Shown: positions 8,827-18,453 of the stretch, one piece after another | How the letters are laid out: every line of letters starts with the position of its first letter | How positions within the stretch are numbered: position 1 is the stretch's first letter | From: Verrucomicrobiia bacterium | GTDB taxonomy: Bacteria; Verrucomicrobiota; Verrucomicrobiia; Limisphaerales; UBA1319 | Assembly: GCA_963664225.1 (NCBI GenBank) | Contig: OY760937.1 | Span: 3,968,001 to 4,032,000 of the forward strand | Direction of reading: 5' to 3' | Length of the DNA stretch: 64,000 nucleotides | Position numbers and translations under genes: made by a program | Notes under the pieces: model-generated | The model's input: only the letters and a program-made list of their open reading frames with translations | The model's database searches: none | What the model was told of the DNA's origin: nothing

Positions 8827-9570
8827 TTATTTATCGGCGACCCAGAGAATGGATTGGCGGATCAGTTTGCGGTAGTTGGGATTGACGTAAGAGAGGTGGT
8901 CGTGGCCCAGTTCGAGATAGACGACGCGGGCCTTGCCGTAAGTATGGCACCAGGCAATGGTGGGGCTGCTGGTTGGTTCCGTGGTGGTGAGCAGGGGAGT
9001 CATACCCGGGATAACGCTGAAGAAACCATAGGTTTCCTCGTGAATGTCAAAATCAGCGAGGCCTTTGGTCACGGGATGTTTGGGATCGACCACATGGACC
9101 TTTACATCGACATCGTGCTTATAGGTGGAGGCGGGTTTGTCCTGGCCGTTTTCCTTGTAGGGCTGAAGGTAATATTTGCCGCCAATCATACGGGTGTATT
9201 CAGGCCAATCCTGATAGGAGGCGATACAATGATGGGTGGCCACGAGACCCTTGCCGGACTTGATGAGGTTTTCAAAATCGGCCTTGGCCTCTTTTGAAAT
9301 GTCCTGCCAGAGATCATACAAAAGCACGACATCGTATTCTCCCGACCTGGCTGGCGTGAAGTATTCATGGGCCTTGGGGTGCTGAATCTCAATAAATGTG
9401 ATGTCCGGGATGGACTTGAAAACATCGAAAAAGGCTTCACGTTCAAAATCATGGCCGCCGGTGACCACCAGAACACGCAATTTGGGAGCGTCGGCCGCCT
9501 GGATGTTCCAAGCCAGAACCAGTCCACAAAGAGCCGTCCAAACCAAACCCAGGAAATGTTTTCTTTTCAT
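8827..9570 (-). CDS. Secreted ThuA-like domain protein
   Basis: Signal peptide; VLVVTGGH, GKGLVATH, HPVTKGL, EETY, YGKARVVYLELGH. Confidence 0.85.
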   Translation of the reverse strand: MKRKHFLGLVWTALCGLVLAWNIQAADAPKLRVLVVTGGHDFEREAFFDVFKSIPDITFIEIQHPKAHEYFTPARSGEYDVVLLYDLWQDISKEAKADFENLIKSGKGLVATHHCIASYQDWPEYTRMIGGKYYLQPYKENGQDKPASTYKHDVDVKVHVVDPKHPVTKGLADFDIHEETYGFFSVIPGMTPLLTTTEPTSSPTIAWCHTYGKARVVYLELGHDHLSYVNPNYRKLIRQSILWVADK

Positions 9571-9693
9571 GATGGATGCGCTGTTAAAATTCAATGGTGA
9601 CGGTCCCATCATGCCCGCTTAAATATGGCGGACAAGCTCGAAATCGGCGTAAGGCGGCGGGAATTGACCACAGAGGCACGGAGGGAAAAAGGA

Positions 9694-9931
9694 AACCGCT
9701 AATGGGCACTGATAAACGCTAATACGGATGGGAAAACAGGAACGTCAGTGCTTAGGTGTCAAGGAGCGAGACAGAATTGGCATGGAAACAAATAATGAAA
9801 ACATACATGGATGGACAGGATGAACAGGATGGGGAGTGGATAAGGAGGGGAGAACCGCTAATGGGCACTGATAAACGCTAATGCGGATGGGAAATTTACA
9901 TGGATCGACAGGATGGGAAGGATGGACAGGA
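9694..9931 (+). repeat. Cluster of short repeats: a 42-bp direct repeat (9694-9735, 9853-9894) and ACAGGATG-type 9-nt-period motifs (9804-9833, 9897-9931)
   Basis: AACCGCTAATGGGCACTGATAAACGCTAATRCGGATGGGAAA twice with 1 mismatch; TACATGGAT.GACAGGATG twice. Confidence 0.85.
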
Positions 9932-9993
9932 ATTTTAACGGCGGCGAATTAATCTCGAAGCGGTTCCAGAAGAATTTTGTGTTATGCCCGTAG

Positions 9994-11115
9994 ATGGGCG
10001 TATTGTCCTGCGTGCATTCATTTCAGGAATACCTTGCGAATGGCCAGGGCTGGCTTTTTATCCCCGCCGCAATTCTACTCGGCGCGCTGCACGGATTGGA
10101 GCCGGGGCATTCCAAGACGATGATGGCCGCTTTCATCGTTGCCATTCGCGGCACGATTGGACAGGCGGTGATGCTTGGACTTTCGGCAGCCATTTCGCAT
10201 TCGCTCATCATCTGGGTTCTCGCTGCTGCCGCGCTGCATTACGGCAACCAGTGGAATGCAGAAAACGTCGAGCCGTATTTGCAGCTTGGTTCCGCCGTGA
10301 TGATATTGGGTCTGACGGTGTGGATGTTCTGGCGCACGCGCCGGGATTTACGCGCGGCTGCGGAACATGATCACGGCCATCATCACGCCCACAACGATTT
10401 GTTTAAACTTGAGCTTGGAAACGCCAAGCTGGAATTGAGCGTGTTTGAAGAGGGCGTGCCTCCCGTTTTTCGGATGCGCGCCCCGGATGATACGCGATTG
10501 CCCGACGCCCAGGACGTGACTTTGGAAACGGTGCGTGCCGATGGCGCGCGGCAGGTGTTTCAATTTGCCGCCAAGAAGGATTTTCTGGAATCCACCGTGG
10601 CCGTGGCCGAACCGCATATATTCGATGCGATTGTAAGGGTCGGTCGCGACGGTCAAAGTCGCGTTTGCCGTGTGGAGTTTCGAGAGGAGGAGCATCATCA
10701 CCATCAGCACGATAAGGACGATGGCAGCAAAGAATTTCAAGACGCGCACGAACTTGCGCACGCGCAGGACATCGCCCAGCGTTTTGCCGGGCGAGTTGTC
10801 ACCACGCCGCAAATTATTCTATTTGGGGTGACCGGCGGATTGATGCCGTGTCCGGCGGCATTCACGGTGTTGCTCGTCTGCCTGCAGTTGAAAAAGTTGA
10901 CGCTCGGTTTTGCGGTTGTTGGCGCATTCAGCTTCGGCCTTGCACTGACGATGGTGACGATGGGGGTGCTGGCGGCATGGAGCATGCGGCACGCGGAAAA
11001 GCGTTTCAAAGGTTTTGGCGAAGTCATGCGCCGCGCGCCTTATGTTTCCTGTGTGCTGCTCGTGGCATTGGCCGGTTTCATGGCGTGGCACGGCTGGCGC
11101 GGACTGCACCCGTAA
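9994..11115 (+). CDS. rcnA: Nickel/cobalt efflux transporter RcnA (NiCoT family)
   Basis: LGALHGLEPGHSKTMM, two His-rich tracts, QDAHELAHA, GGLMPCPAA. Confidence 0.9.
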   Translation: MGVLSCVHSFQEYLANGQGWLFIPAAILLGALHGLEPGHSKTMMAAFIVAIRGTIGQAVMLGLSAAISHSLIIWVLAAAALHYGNQWNAENVEPYLQLGSAVMILGLTVWMFWRTRRDLRAAAEHDHGHHHAHNDLFKLELGNAKLELSVFEEGVPPVFRMRAPDDTRLPDAQDVTLETVRADGARQVFQFAAKKDFLESTVAVAEPHIFDAIVRVGRDGQSRVCRVEFREEEHHHHQHDKDDGSKEFQDAHELAHAQDIAQRFAGRVVTTPQIILFGVTGGLMPCPAAFTVLLVCLQLKKLTLGFAVVGAFSFGLALTMVTMGVLAAWSMRHAEKRFKGFGEVMRRAPYVSCVLLVALAGFMAWHGWRGLHP

Positions 11116-11191
11116 AACAGGGCGGGGAATAGTCGGCCGGTTGAGGGTTGTTCCGTTCAACCGGCCAGAGAAAAGTTGATGTGAATCTTTG

Positions 11192-13471
11192 TTATTCCTT
11201 GGCGTAATGGACGTCGGAGGAGAGCTGGATGAGGTCGTAGAGGATGTGCTCTGTTTCGTTGAGCGTGTAATCAACTACGGGAATCTCCTCCTCGTCGGCG
11301 GCTTCCGGATCGGTGGGATCGGTTGATTTTTCAGGGACCTTGACCAGATCGACGTCGTTGGTCTTTGGAACAAAAGGAACCAGGCCGGGTTGATCGGCGA
11401 GTTTGAGGGTGACTTCATAGACCGGTTCGGTGGAGACCGGGCGCGCCTTCATCTCTTTCTTCCGGACTTCGATTCTGGCTTTGGCTTCGTCCTTTTCCTT
11501 GCGCCGGATTTCCTCGTTCATGGAGACAGATTTTTCAGCCTGCATCTTTTTAAACCGTTCGGAATCCTCCCGCACATAATTGAAATCGGCGTTGGTGGCG
11601 ACGCGTTCGCTGGAGAGTCTGGTCAGTTCGGCGAGCCAGGGTTTGACCATGTTGAGTTTATCGAATGTCGCGCCGGGAATCGTATCCCAAGGCATGGCGT
11701 TGGGCAGAGTTCCCTCGCCGATCTCGGCGACATTATTGATGGAGGGCAGGATGATGTCGGGGGTGACTCCCTTGAGCTGGGTGGAGGCGCCATTGATGCG
11801 ATAGAACTTGCGGATGGTGATTTTCAGCGCACCCGGATTCTGAGTGGTGGTCATTCCGAATTGCTGGAGGATCATGCCCAGTTGGAGCAATTGCTGAACA
11901 GAGCCTTTACCGTGCGTGGACTGGTCGCCGACGATGAGCGCGCGGCCGTAGTCCTGAAGGGCGGCGGCCAGAATTTCTGAGGCGGACGCGCTGAAGCGGC
12001 TGGTCAGAATGATGAGCGGCCCTTCATAAAGGACGGATGGATCCGGATCGTCCTGGACCGAGATGGTGCCGTTGGAGTCACGCACCTGGACAACCGGTCC
12101 TTTCTTGATGAACAGACCGGTCAGTGTGATGGCTTCCTCAAGGAGACCGCCGCCATTGTGTCGCAGGTCCAGAACGATGCCTTTGACGTTTTCCTGCTTT
12201 AATTTTTTAATGAGGCGCGCCACATCCGCCGTGGTGCTCTTGGTGCTCTCGGCCTTGCCGGGGCCCGGCATGTCCGCATAGAAAGAGGGGAGATCGATCA
12301 CGCCCAGGCGCACGCTATTGGTGGCGCCTCCCATTTCGATGACTTTGGCTTTGGCCTCTTTTTCCTCCAATTTGATTTCATCGCGAACCAAAAGGACGGT
12401 TTTACGCGTGGAAGGATCGGGGGCGTCCGCCGGGATGATGGTAAGTCGCACCTTGGTTCCTTTGGCACCGCGAATCAGCTCGACGACTTTGTTAAGCTTC
12501 ATGTCCACGACATCGACAGGTTCCTGATCGCCTTGTGAGACGGCGATGATGCGGTCGTCGGGCTTGATGCGTTTACTGGTGGCGGCCGGGCCTCCGGGTA
12601 TCAGCTCTTTGACTTTGCAGTAACCGTCCTCAGAACTGAGCAGTGCGCCGATGCCAAACAGGGAGAGCTTCATTCCGATGTTGAAATTCTCAAGAGAACT
12701 GCGGCCCATATAATCTGAATGGGGATCATAAGTTTGGGCCAGCGAGGTCAGATAGAGTTGAAGGACGTCGTCGCTGTCGTATTCCTTGAGAAACCTTTGA
12801 ATGCGGGCGTAACGGCGTTCGATGACCTTGACGATCTCCTCGGGCTTCTGTTTGTTGAGTTTTTCTTGAAGGTATTCGTAACGGAGCCGTTCCCACCAGA
12901 GCTGACGGGCTTCATCGATGTCACGGGGGCGGGGGGCATCCTTGCGGCTGAGTTGGTAATTGTCGTCGGCAGTGAAATCCATTTTGGCGAACTTCAGCTT
13001 TTCATTGATGAATTCGACCTGCTGATCGAAGCGCTTGAGCATGCGCTTGAAAATGACGTAGGCCGGTGTGGTATCCCCCTCCTTGAGGGTAAAGACATCC
13101 AGAGAGTTGCGGTAGAGTTCAAAATCCGCGACATCGGATTGAAGGAAAATCAGATGGCTGGGATCCAGCGCATTGAGGTATTGGTCCAGGAATTGGGATG
13201 AGGCGGCGGCATCGAATGGCTTCCGCGTGTAATGCGAGCGGGAGAGAATGCGTGAAGTGAGCCGGGCGATGGTGGCGTCGTCGGGACCGGGAACCAACTT
13301 GACGGGTTTGGGACCTTTAGAGACGAAGAGATCGGCGGCGTTGGTGGAGGGCGCATTCGTGCCGGGAGCGTTCGTGGTGGGAGATTGGGCCCGGCCCAAT
13401 GTCAAACCGAGTATCAGCACCTGAACTACTGCCAGAAGCCGGATTGCAAAACGATTCATCATAATGTTCAA
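11192..13471 (-). CDS. prc: Carboxy-terminal processing (tail-specific) protease, S41
   Basis: YDPHSDY, PDZ GIGA, LDLRHNGGG, SASASEI, THGKGSVQ; signal peptide. Confidence 0.93.
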   Translation of the reverse strand: MNIMMNRFAIRLLAVVQVLILGLTLGRAQSPTTNAPGTNAPSTNAADLFVSKGPKPVKLVPGPDDATIARLTSRILSRSHYTRKPFDAAASSQFLDQYLNALDPSHLIFLQSDVADFELYRNSLDVFTLKEGDTTPAYVIFKRMLKRFDQQVEFINEKLKFAKMDFTADDNYQLSRKDAPRPRDIDEARQLWWERLRYEYLQEKLNKQKPEEIVKVIERRYARIQRFLKEYDSDDVLQLYLTSLAQTYDPHSDYMGRSSLENFNIGMKLSLFGIGALLSSEDGYCKVKELIPGGPAATSKRIKPDDRIIAVSQGDQEPVDVVDMKLNKVVELIRGAKGTKVRLTIIPADAPDPSTRKTVLLVRDEIKLEEKEAKAKVIEMGGATNSVRLGVIDLPSFYADMPGPGKAESTKSTTADVARLIKKLKQENVKGIVLDLRHNGGGLLEEAITLTGLFIKKGPVVQVRDSNGTISVQDDPDPSVLYEGPLIILTSRFSASASEILAAALQDYGRALIVGDQSTHGKGSVQQLLQLGMILQQFGMTTTQNPGALKITIRKFYRINGASTQLKGVTPDIILPSINNVAEIGEGTLPNAMPWDTIPGATFDKLNMVKPWLAELTRLSSERVATNADFNYVREDSERFKKMQAEKSVSMNEEIRRKEKDEAKARIEVRKKEMKARPVSTEPVYEVTLKLADQPGLVPFVPKTNDVDLVKVPEKSTDPTDPEAADEEEIPVVDYTLNETEHILYDLIQLSSDVHYAKE

Positions 13472-13609
13472 AGTGTCTTACCTGGATTACCTGACGGCGT
13501 TACCAGAAGAAACGGACCTTCAGAGTCTGTAGCTTCATCCATGGCCTGGCCAAGGGATTTCATGAGAATTGACCCTGGTCAGCGTGTTCACGCATATCAC
13601 AACCATCGG

Positions 13610-14440
13610 TCACTGTTCAGCGATTTCCAAGTCAAATTCAAGCCTGGTGGTGGAATCGGTGAGCGCGTTGCGAATCTCGATTTCCTTTAATTCCCAGTGT
13701 CCATTTACCTTGGAAAAGCTGCGGAGGCTGAACTCTTTAAGGAGCTTGCGACTGGCATCATAGGCCTCGGCGCGAATCAAACCGCCGGTTTCGTTGTCGA
13801 TCCAGGAGCGAACACGGGAATAAGAACCGGGCACCGGGTTGGGGTTCGTGCTTTCCAAAACCTTGCAGGGACGGCTCTTGCGCATTTCCCGTTTAATGAT
13901 TTTTTGGTCTGGCCAGTGGAAGAAATCCATTCCCAGATCCGTGAGCCAGAATTCGGTTCCGGCAAAGGGGATCATGGTTTGCCCCGGAGCGATGGCGGTT
14001 GGTTCGGTCAAGTGGCCATCGGGGCCTGAATGGGCCAGGAGGTATTGGTTGGGTGCGTCGGTGCGATGAATGATGGTGAGTTGAGCGGTGATTTGAGCTG
14101 CGCTGGGTCCCGCTTCGTAAACGGCCTGCCAGGAATTGGAACTGGTGGTGGTTTTAAGAGAAACGTACTGTTGGAGGCGGCGCCCTGAAGCTTCGCGTGT
14201 TTTCAAAAGTCCGGATGTGGCAAAAGCCTGTCCAGGGCCTTGATTGCAGAGGTCAGCAGCCAGGGCGCGGCCGTCTGTTTCCTGTTGAATAGGCTCGCTA
14301 ACGGGCTTTACCGGCTGGCTGTGAGCGATTCCAACAAGGAATAGCATGGTAATAATCCACAACGCCAAAGTCGCCCGCATTGTCCCGGAGGCCTGCTGAC
14401 GTAGATGGCGTTGTTGATCCCGCATGCGCGATAATATCAT
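13610..14440 (-). CDS. Outer-membrane lipoprotein-sorting (LolA-like) protein
   Basis: PFAGTEFWLTDL, YSRVRSWID, KVNGHW; hydrophobic N-terminal segment; start uncertain. Confidence 0.75.
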   Translation of the reverse strand: MILSRMRDQQRHLRQQASGTMRATLALWIITMLFLVGIAHSQPVKPVSEPIQQETDGRALAADLCNQGPGQAFATSGLLKTREASGRRLQQYVSLKTTTSSNSWQAVYEAGPSAAQITAQLTIIHRTDAPNQYLLAHSGPDGHLTEPTAIAPGQTMIPFAGTEFWLTDLGMDFFHWPDQKIIKREMRKSRPCKVLESTNPNPVPGSYSRVRSWIDNETGGLIRAEAYDASRKLLKEFSLRSFSKVNGHWELKEIEIRNALTDSTTRLEFDLEIAEQ

Positions 14441-14487
14441 ATTATTTAGAAGCGGCAGGGACGAAATAATTCAAAGACAGCCTTTTA

Positions 14488-14651
14488 ACCCGAAATCCGA
14501 AATAGGAACGGCCCATCTGACGCAATCATTTGGCCATCCATGGTTTGAAACCGGCTGTGGAGTATAGATTTAATACACCTTCGCCGATTGCAAATCATGG
14601 CTGTCTCAAAGCATTGCATCGTCTTGACCATTCTTATTTCGGATTTCGGGT
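14488..14651. mobile_element. 164-bp MITE-like element with 24-bp terminal inverted repeats and TTA flanking duplication
   Basis: Left end ACCCGAAATCCGAAATAGGAACGG; right end reverse complement ACCCGAAATCCGAAATAAGAATGG; TTA at 14485-14487 and 14652-14654. Confidence 0.8.
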
Positions 14652-14706
14652 TTAATGAAAGGTTCGATTTTCCAATGGTCGGAGGCAAAGTGGAGGAATT
14701 GCGCCA

Positions 14707-17172
14707 TTATTCTTTGACCCGGGCCACCTTGTTTGGCTTGTTTGTTTTGTCAGCCTTGGGTGGCAATGCTTTTGGGAGCGGTTGAAGGGCCAGAGGCAGG
14801 GCTTCAGAGATGTGGCTGACGAAGTGTGCGCGCATTTTTTTGCGGACTTCCTCCGGTACTTCGCTCCAGTCGTTGCGGTTGCGGGCGGGTAAAATGACGT
14901 CTTTGATGCCAAACCGGGAGGCGGCTAGGATTTTTTCCTTGATGCCGCCCACAGGGAGAATACGCCCGCGGAGGCTGATTTCTCCGGTCATGGCCAGGTT
15001 TGGCTTGATGAGTCTGTGGGTGAGCAGGGAGGCCAGGGCGACGGTCATGGTCAAGCCGGCGCTGGGGCCGTCCTTGGGGGTGGCTCCTGCGGGAACATGA
15101 ATATGAATATCGTAGCGGTCGTAGTCGCTCAAATCGAGTTTTAAAGAAGCGGCCTGGCTGCGCAGATAGCTCAGGGCGGTTTGCGCGCTCTCTTTCATGA
15201 CATCACCGAGCGAGCCAGTGAGGATCAATCCACCTTTGCCGGGCATCCGGGTGGCTTCAATGAATAATATATCGCCGCCCACCGGAGTCCAAGCCAGGCC
15301 AACCACGATGCCAACTTCGGTGATTTTCTCGGCTGTCTCGGCAAGAAAAGGGGGCAAACCAAGGAATTTATCCAGTGCTTTTGGAGAAATGACCAGGGGT
15401 TTGTGAATGTGATTGCCGTTGGCGAATTTGCGGGCGGCTTTACGGCTCATGCTGGCAACCTCGCGCTCCAATTGGCGCACGCCCGCTTCACGGGTGTATT
15501 CCTCAATGACGCGGCGCAAAGTGGGGTCTGGGAATTTAACGGATTTGCGCGATAAACCGTGTTCATCTAATTGGCGTGGAACGAGATATCTGCGCGCAAT
15601 TTGAAGCTTTTCAGCGACGGTATAACTCGGCAGTTCGATGACTTCAAGGCGGTCTCGCAATGCGGGATGGATCGGGTCGAGCCAATTTGCCGTGGTGATA
15701 AAAAGGACGCGCGAGAGGTCGAACGGGAGGTCAATGTAATGGTCTGTAAACGTTTTATTTTGTTGCGGATCAAGAACTTCCAAAAGAGCTGACGAGGGAT
15801 CGCCGCGAAAGTCGGAGCCGACCTTGTCGATTTCATCGAGAAGGATGACGGGATTGTTGCTTTCCACGCGGCGGAGGCTTTGGATGATCCGACCGGGCAG
15901 GGCGCCGACGTAGGTGCGGCGGTGGCCCCTGATTTCTGCCTCATCGCGCATGCCACCCAGTGAAATGCGGGCAAATTTACGTCCCAAGGCATCCGCGACG
16001 CTCATGCCAAGAGAGGTTTTACCAACTCCTGGAGGGCCTACGAGACAAAGGAGCGGGCCTTTGAGGCTGTTTTTGAGTTTGATGACGGCAATAAATTCGA
16101 GCAACCGGTCTTTGATCTTGGTCAGGCCGTAGTGTTGGGCGTTGAGAATGCGCGTGGCTTCTTTAAGGTCCACTTTGTCGTCGGTGGATTTGGCCCAGGG
16201 CAGGTTGATCAGCCAGTCCAGGTAATTGCGGGTGACGGTGTATTCGGCCACCGTGGGAGGGATTTGCTGGAGGCGGTCCAGTTCGCGCAGGGCCACGATT
16301 CTGGCTTCTTCGGGGAGGTTGTTGCGGGTGATTTGTTCTTTGAGAGTCTGCGTTTCCGCCGAGGCCGAGTCTTCCTCTCCCAATTCGCGTTGAATGGCCC
16401 GCATTTGCTCGCGCAAATAGAATTCGCGCTGGTTTTTGGACATGGAACTGGCCACATCCTTCTGAATTTTGCTGCTGAGGTTGAGAACTTCAAGCTCGCG
16501 GGCCATGAGCGGACCGAGGCGGGTCAAACGCTCTTTGATGTTGTTTGTGGCGAGGAGGGTTTGACGTTCCTCCAAATTGAGATTGAGATTTCCGGCAATC
16601 AGATCGGAGAGGCGGCCCGGATCTTCGGTGTTCAGGGCGGCGACTTTAATTTGGTCGGAAAGGGCGGGGGACAGGTTGACGATATCTTCAAACTGACGAT
16701 GGGAGGTGCGGGAAAGGGCGTCCATTTCCAATCCCGGTTCCAGGATATCCTGGAGCGGTTGGACATGCGCGCGCAAGTAAGGTGTGTTGGCTTCGTATTT
16801 CAGGATTTGGACCCGCCTGAGGCCTTCGACAAGAATCCGGATTGTATTGTCCGGGAACTTGAGCATTTTTAGAACGCGGGCTGCGCAGCCATTTGGAAAT
16901 AGATCGTCCGGCACTGGATTGTCGATCTCGGGCTTGCGTTGGAGGACCAGGACTAAGAAACGGTCGCCAGCGACGACGTCGTCAATGAGTCGAATGCTTT
17001 GTTGGGAATCAACCAATAGCGGCGCGGTCATTCCGGGAAAGATGACTACGTCTGAGAGGCCCAAAATTGGCATTACTTCGGGCAGGGATTGCGGTCCACG
17101 AGGTGGCGTCGCATCCGTATCTTCGGCATTCGCGTCCAGAATGTCGATTAATTCACTTTCCGACGGTGTCAT
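14707..17172 (-). CDS. lon: ATP-dependent Lon protease
   Basis: GPPGVGKTS, RGHRRTYVGALPG, LLDEIDK, PKDGPSAG, VGGIKEK. Confidence 0.97.
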   Translation of the reverse strand: MTPSESELIDILDANAEDTDATPPRGPQSLPEVMPILGLSDVVIFPGMTAPLLVDSQQSIRLIDDVVAGDRFLVLVLQRKPEIDNPVPDDLFPNGCAARVLKMLKFPDNTIRILVEGLRRVQILKYEANTPYLRAHVQPLQDILEPGLEMDALSRTSHRQFEDIVNLSPALSDQIKVAALNTEDPGRLSDLIAGNLNLNLEERQTLLATNNIKERLTRLGPLMARELEVLNLSSKIQKDVASSMSKNQREFYLREQMRAIQRELGEEDSASAETQTLKEQITRNNLPEEARIVALRELDRLQQIPPTVAEYTVTRNYLDWLINLPWAKSTDDKVDLKEATRILNAQHYGLTKIKDRLLEFIAVIKLKNSLKGPLLCLVGPPGVGKTSLGMSVADALGRKFARISLGGMRDEAEIRGHRRTYVGALPGRIIQSLRRVESNNPVILLDEIDKVGSDFRGDPSSALLEVLDPQQNKTFTDHYIDLPFDLSRVLFITTANWLDPIHPALRDRLEVIELPSYTVAEKLQIARRYLVPRQLDEHGLSRKSVKFPDPTLRRVIEEYTREAGVRQLEREVASMSRKAARKFANGNHIHKPLVISPKALDKFLGLPPFLAETAEKITEVGIVVGLAWTPVGGDILFIEATRMPGKGGLILTGSLGDVMKESAQTALSYLRSQAASLKLDLSDYDRYDIHIHVPAGATPKDGPSAGLTMTVALASLLTHRLIKPNLAMTGEISLRGRILPVGGIKEKILAASRFGIKDVILPARNRNDWSEVPEEVRKKMRAHFVSHISEALPLALQPLPKALPPKADKTNKPNKVARVKE

Positions 17173-17229
17173 CTATTATTCCCTTTTATTCGGTAAGATG
17201 GCGGCCGAGGAGAAATCCGCATGAATGGT

Positions 17230-17655
17230 TTAAGATTCTTCGCCGGAAACGGGAACAATGTGGGTTTTGGTTTCTGAAACTGTGCGTTTCGGGACGTCAA
17301 TGCGAAGGAAACCGTTCTGATAAATCGCACGAGCCCGGCCCAAATCGTAACCAGCGGGGATTTCTATCACGCTTTCGAAGGCGCCATAATTGATTTCCAT
17401 GACCAGGAAGCGGCACTTTCCAGAGCGGCATCCGTCAGGGCGAAAGCCGCTAATTTTAAGGTAGTTGCCTTCGGCGGTGAGTTCGAGATCCTCCCGGCGG
17501 ATGCCAGCGATTTCCACTTTGACGACCAGGCCATCCGTGGTGGCATAGACGTCGGTATTGGGAATCCAGCAGGTTTCTGAAGACGCCTGACGGCTTGAAG
17601 CAGCCGCCATCCGGTGCTCCATTTGCAATGAGGACTTAACTTTGCAGATGGTCAT
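17230..17655 (-). CDS. Hsp20/alpha-crystallin small heat-shock protein
   Basis: WIPNTDVY, EINYGAFE, YQNGFLRIDVPK; directly upstream of lon. Confidence 0.9.
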   Translation of the reverse strand: MTICKVKSSLQMEHRMAAASSRQASSETCWIPNTDVYATTDGLVVKVEIAGIRREDLELTAEGNYLKISGFRPDGCRSGKCRFLVMEINYGAFESVIEIPAGYDLGRARAIYQNGFLRIDVPKRTVSETKTHIVPVSGEES

Positions 17656-17666
17656 AGAACACGGAG

Positions 17667-17695
17667 AAGTTAGGGGAATGAGATTGGGAATGCAA
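17667..17695 (-). promoter_or_regulatory. Putative sigma70 promoter for hsp20-lon
   Basis: TTGCAT-17 bp-TAACTT on the minus strand, 11 nt before the hsp20 ATG. Confidence 0.55.
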
Positions 17696-17705
17696 GAGTG
17701 TTGAA

Positions 17706-17912
17706 TTAAAATTTCTTAACAGAATTCAGGCTGTGATCATTCTGTTGCGGAGTGCGCGGAGTGGAGGGGTAGGTTTTTCGAAGTTTGCCGCACGCATCAC
17801 CGCAGCCACAGCCGGACTGGGCAGTGGATTTACTTGTGCGCAGTTGACGCCAAGCCAGAAGGGTGACGGTTCCCACTACAATTAAAATTGAAGTCATCTG
17901 CTGCCAGTCCAT
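17706..17912 (-). CDS. Small Cys-rich membrane protein (FeoB-associated type)
   Basis: MDWQQ followed by one TM helix and GCGCGDAC. Confidence 0.6.
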   Translation of the reverse strand: MDWQQMTSILIVVGTVTLLAWRQLRTSKSTAQSGCGCGDACGKLRKTYPSTPRTPQQNDHSLNSVKKF

Positions 17913-18453
17913 GTAAGCAACATAACCCAGAGAAGCCACTGCGCAACCGGGTTTTACATTATGCGGCAAATATTCGCTCGCTCCAATGCGGATTGCGGCC
18001 AAATCACGATGCATTTGCGATCCTGCTTGAGATTCGATTGGTGGTTTCTGGCGAGTCGTCCTTTACGAGAACTTGAGAAAGCGCCGATGCTGACCTCTTC
18101 GCCAGTCGCGGGAATGCGGAGACCGATGGTTTGAAGAAGTCCGAGGCAGAGTCTGCGGCAGTTGCGATCTGGATGAACGGGACGATTTTTGAAATTGGAA
18201 CAACGACGCATGTGTGGCGCAGATTGAAGGCGTTGGTGAGGCGCTCTTGGATGGGTTCGTTGAGAATGGGAGTTGGTGAACGTGGTTGCGACTGTGGTTG
18301 AGATGCGCCGGGGCAGGATAATGGGGCTCGCGACAGGCGATTTGCTGTGCTAGGATTTGCTTTCGCACTGGGTTTCGACTGCAGGTCTGCGAGTGGATGG
18401 AGAGGGTTTGTGCAAGCTAAGTATATCGTGACTTAATTGTAATATAAATACAT

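Noticed and set aside
9694..9931. CRISPR array
   Set aside because: Only two copies of the 42-bp unit, irregular spacing and no cas genes.
4200..11150. Integron cassette array
   Set aside because: No integrase, and I found no convincing RYYYAAC...GTTRRRY attC hairpins bounding the genes.
17913..18453. 540-bp gap before bioD as an ncRNA or gene
   Set aside because: No recognisable RNA motif, repeat or credible ORF.
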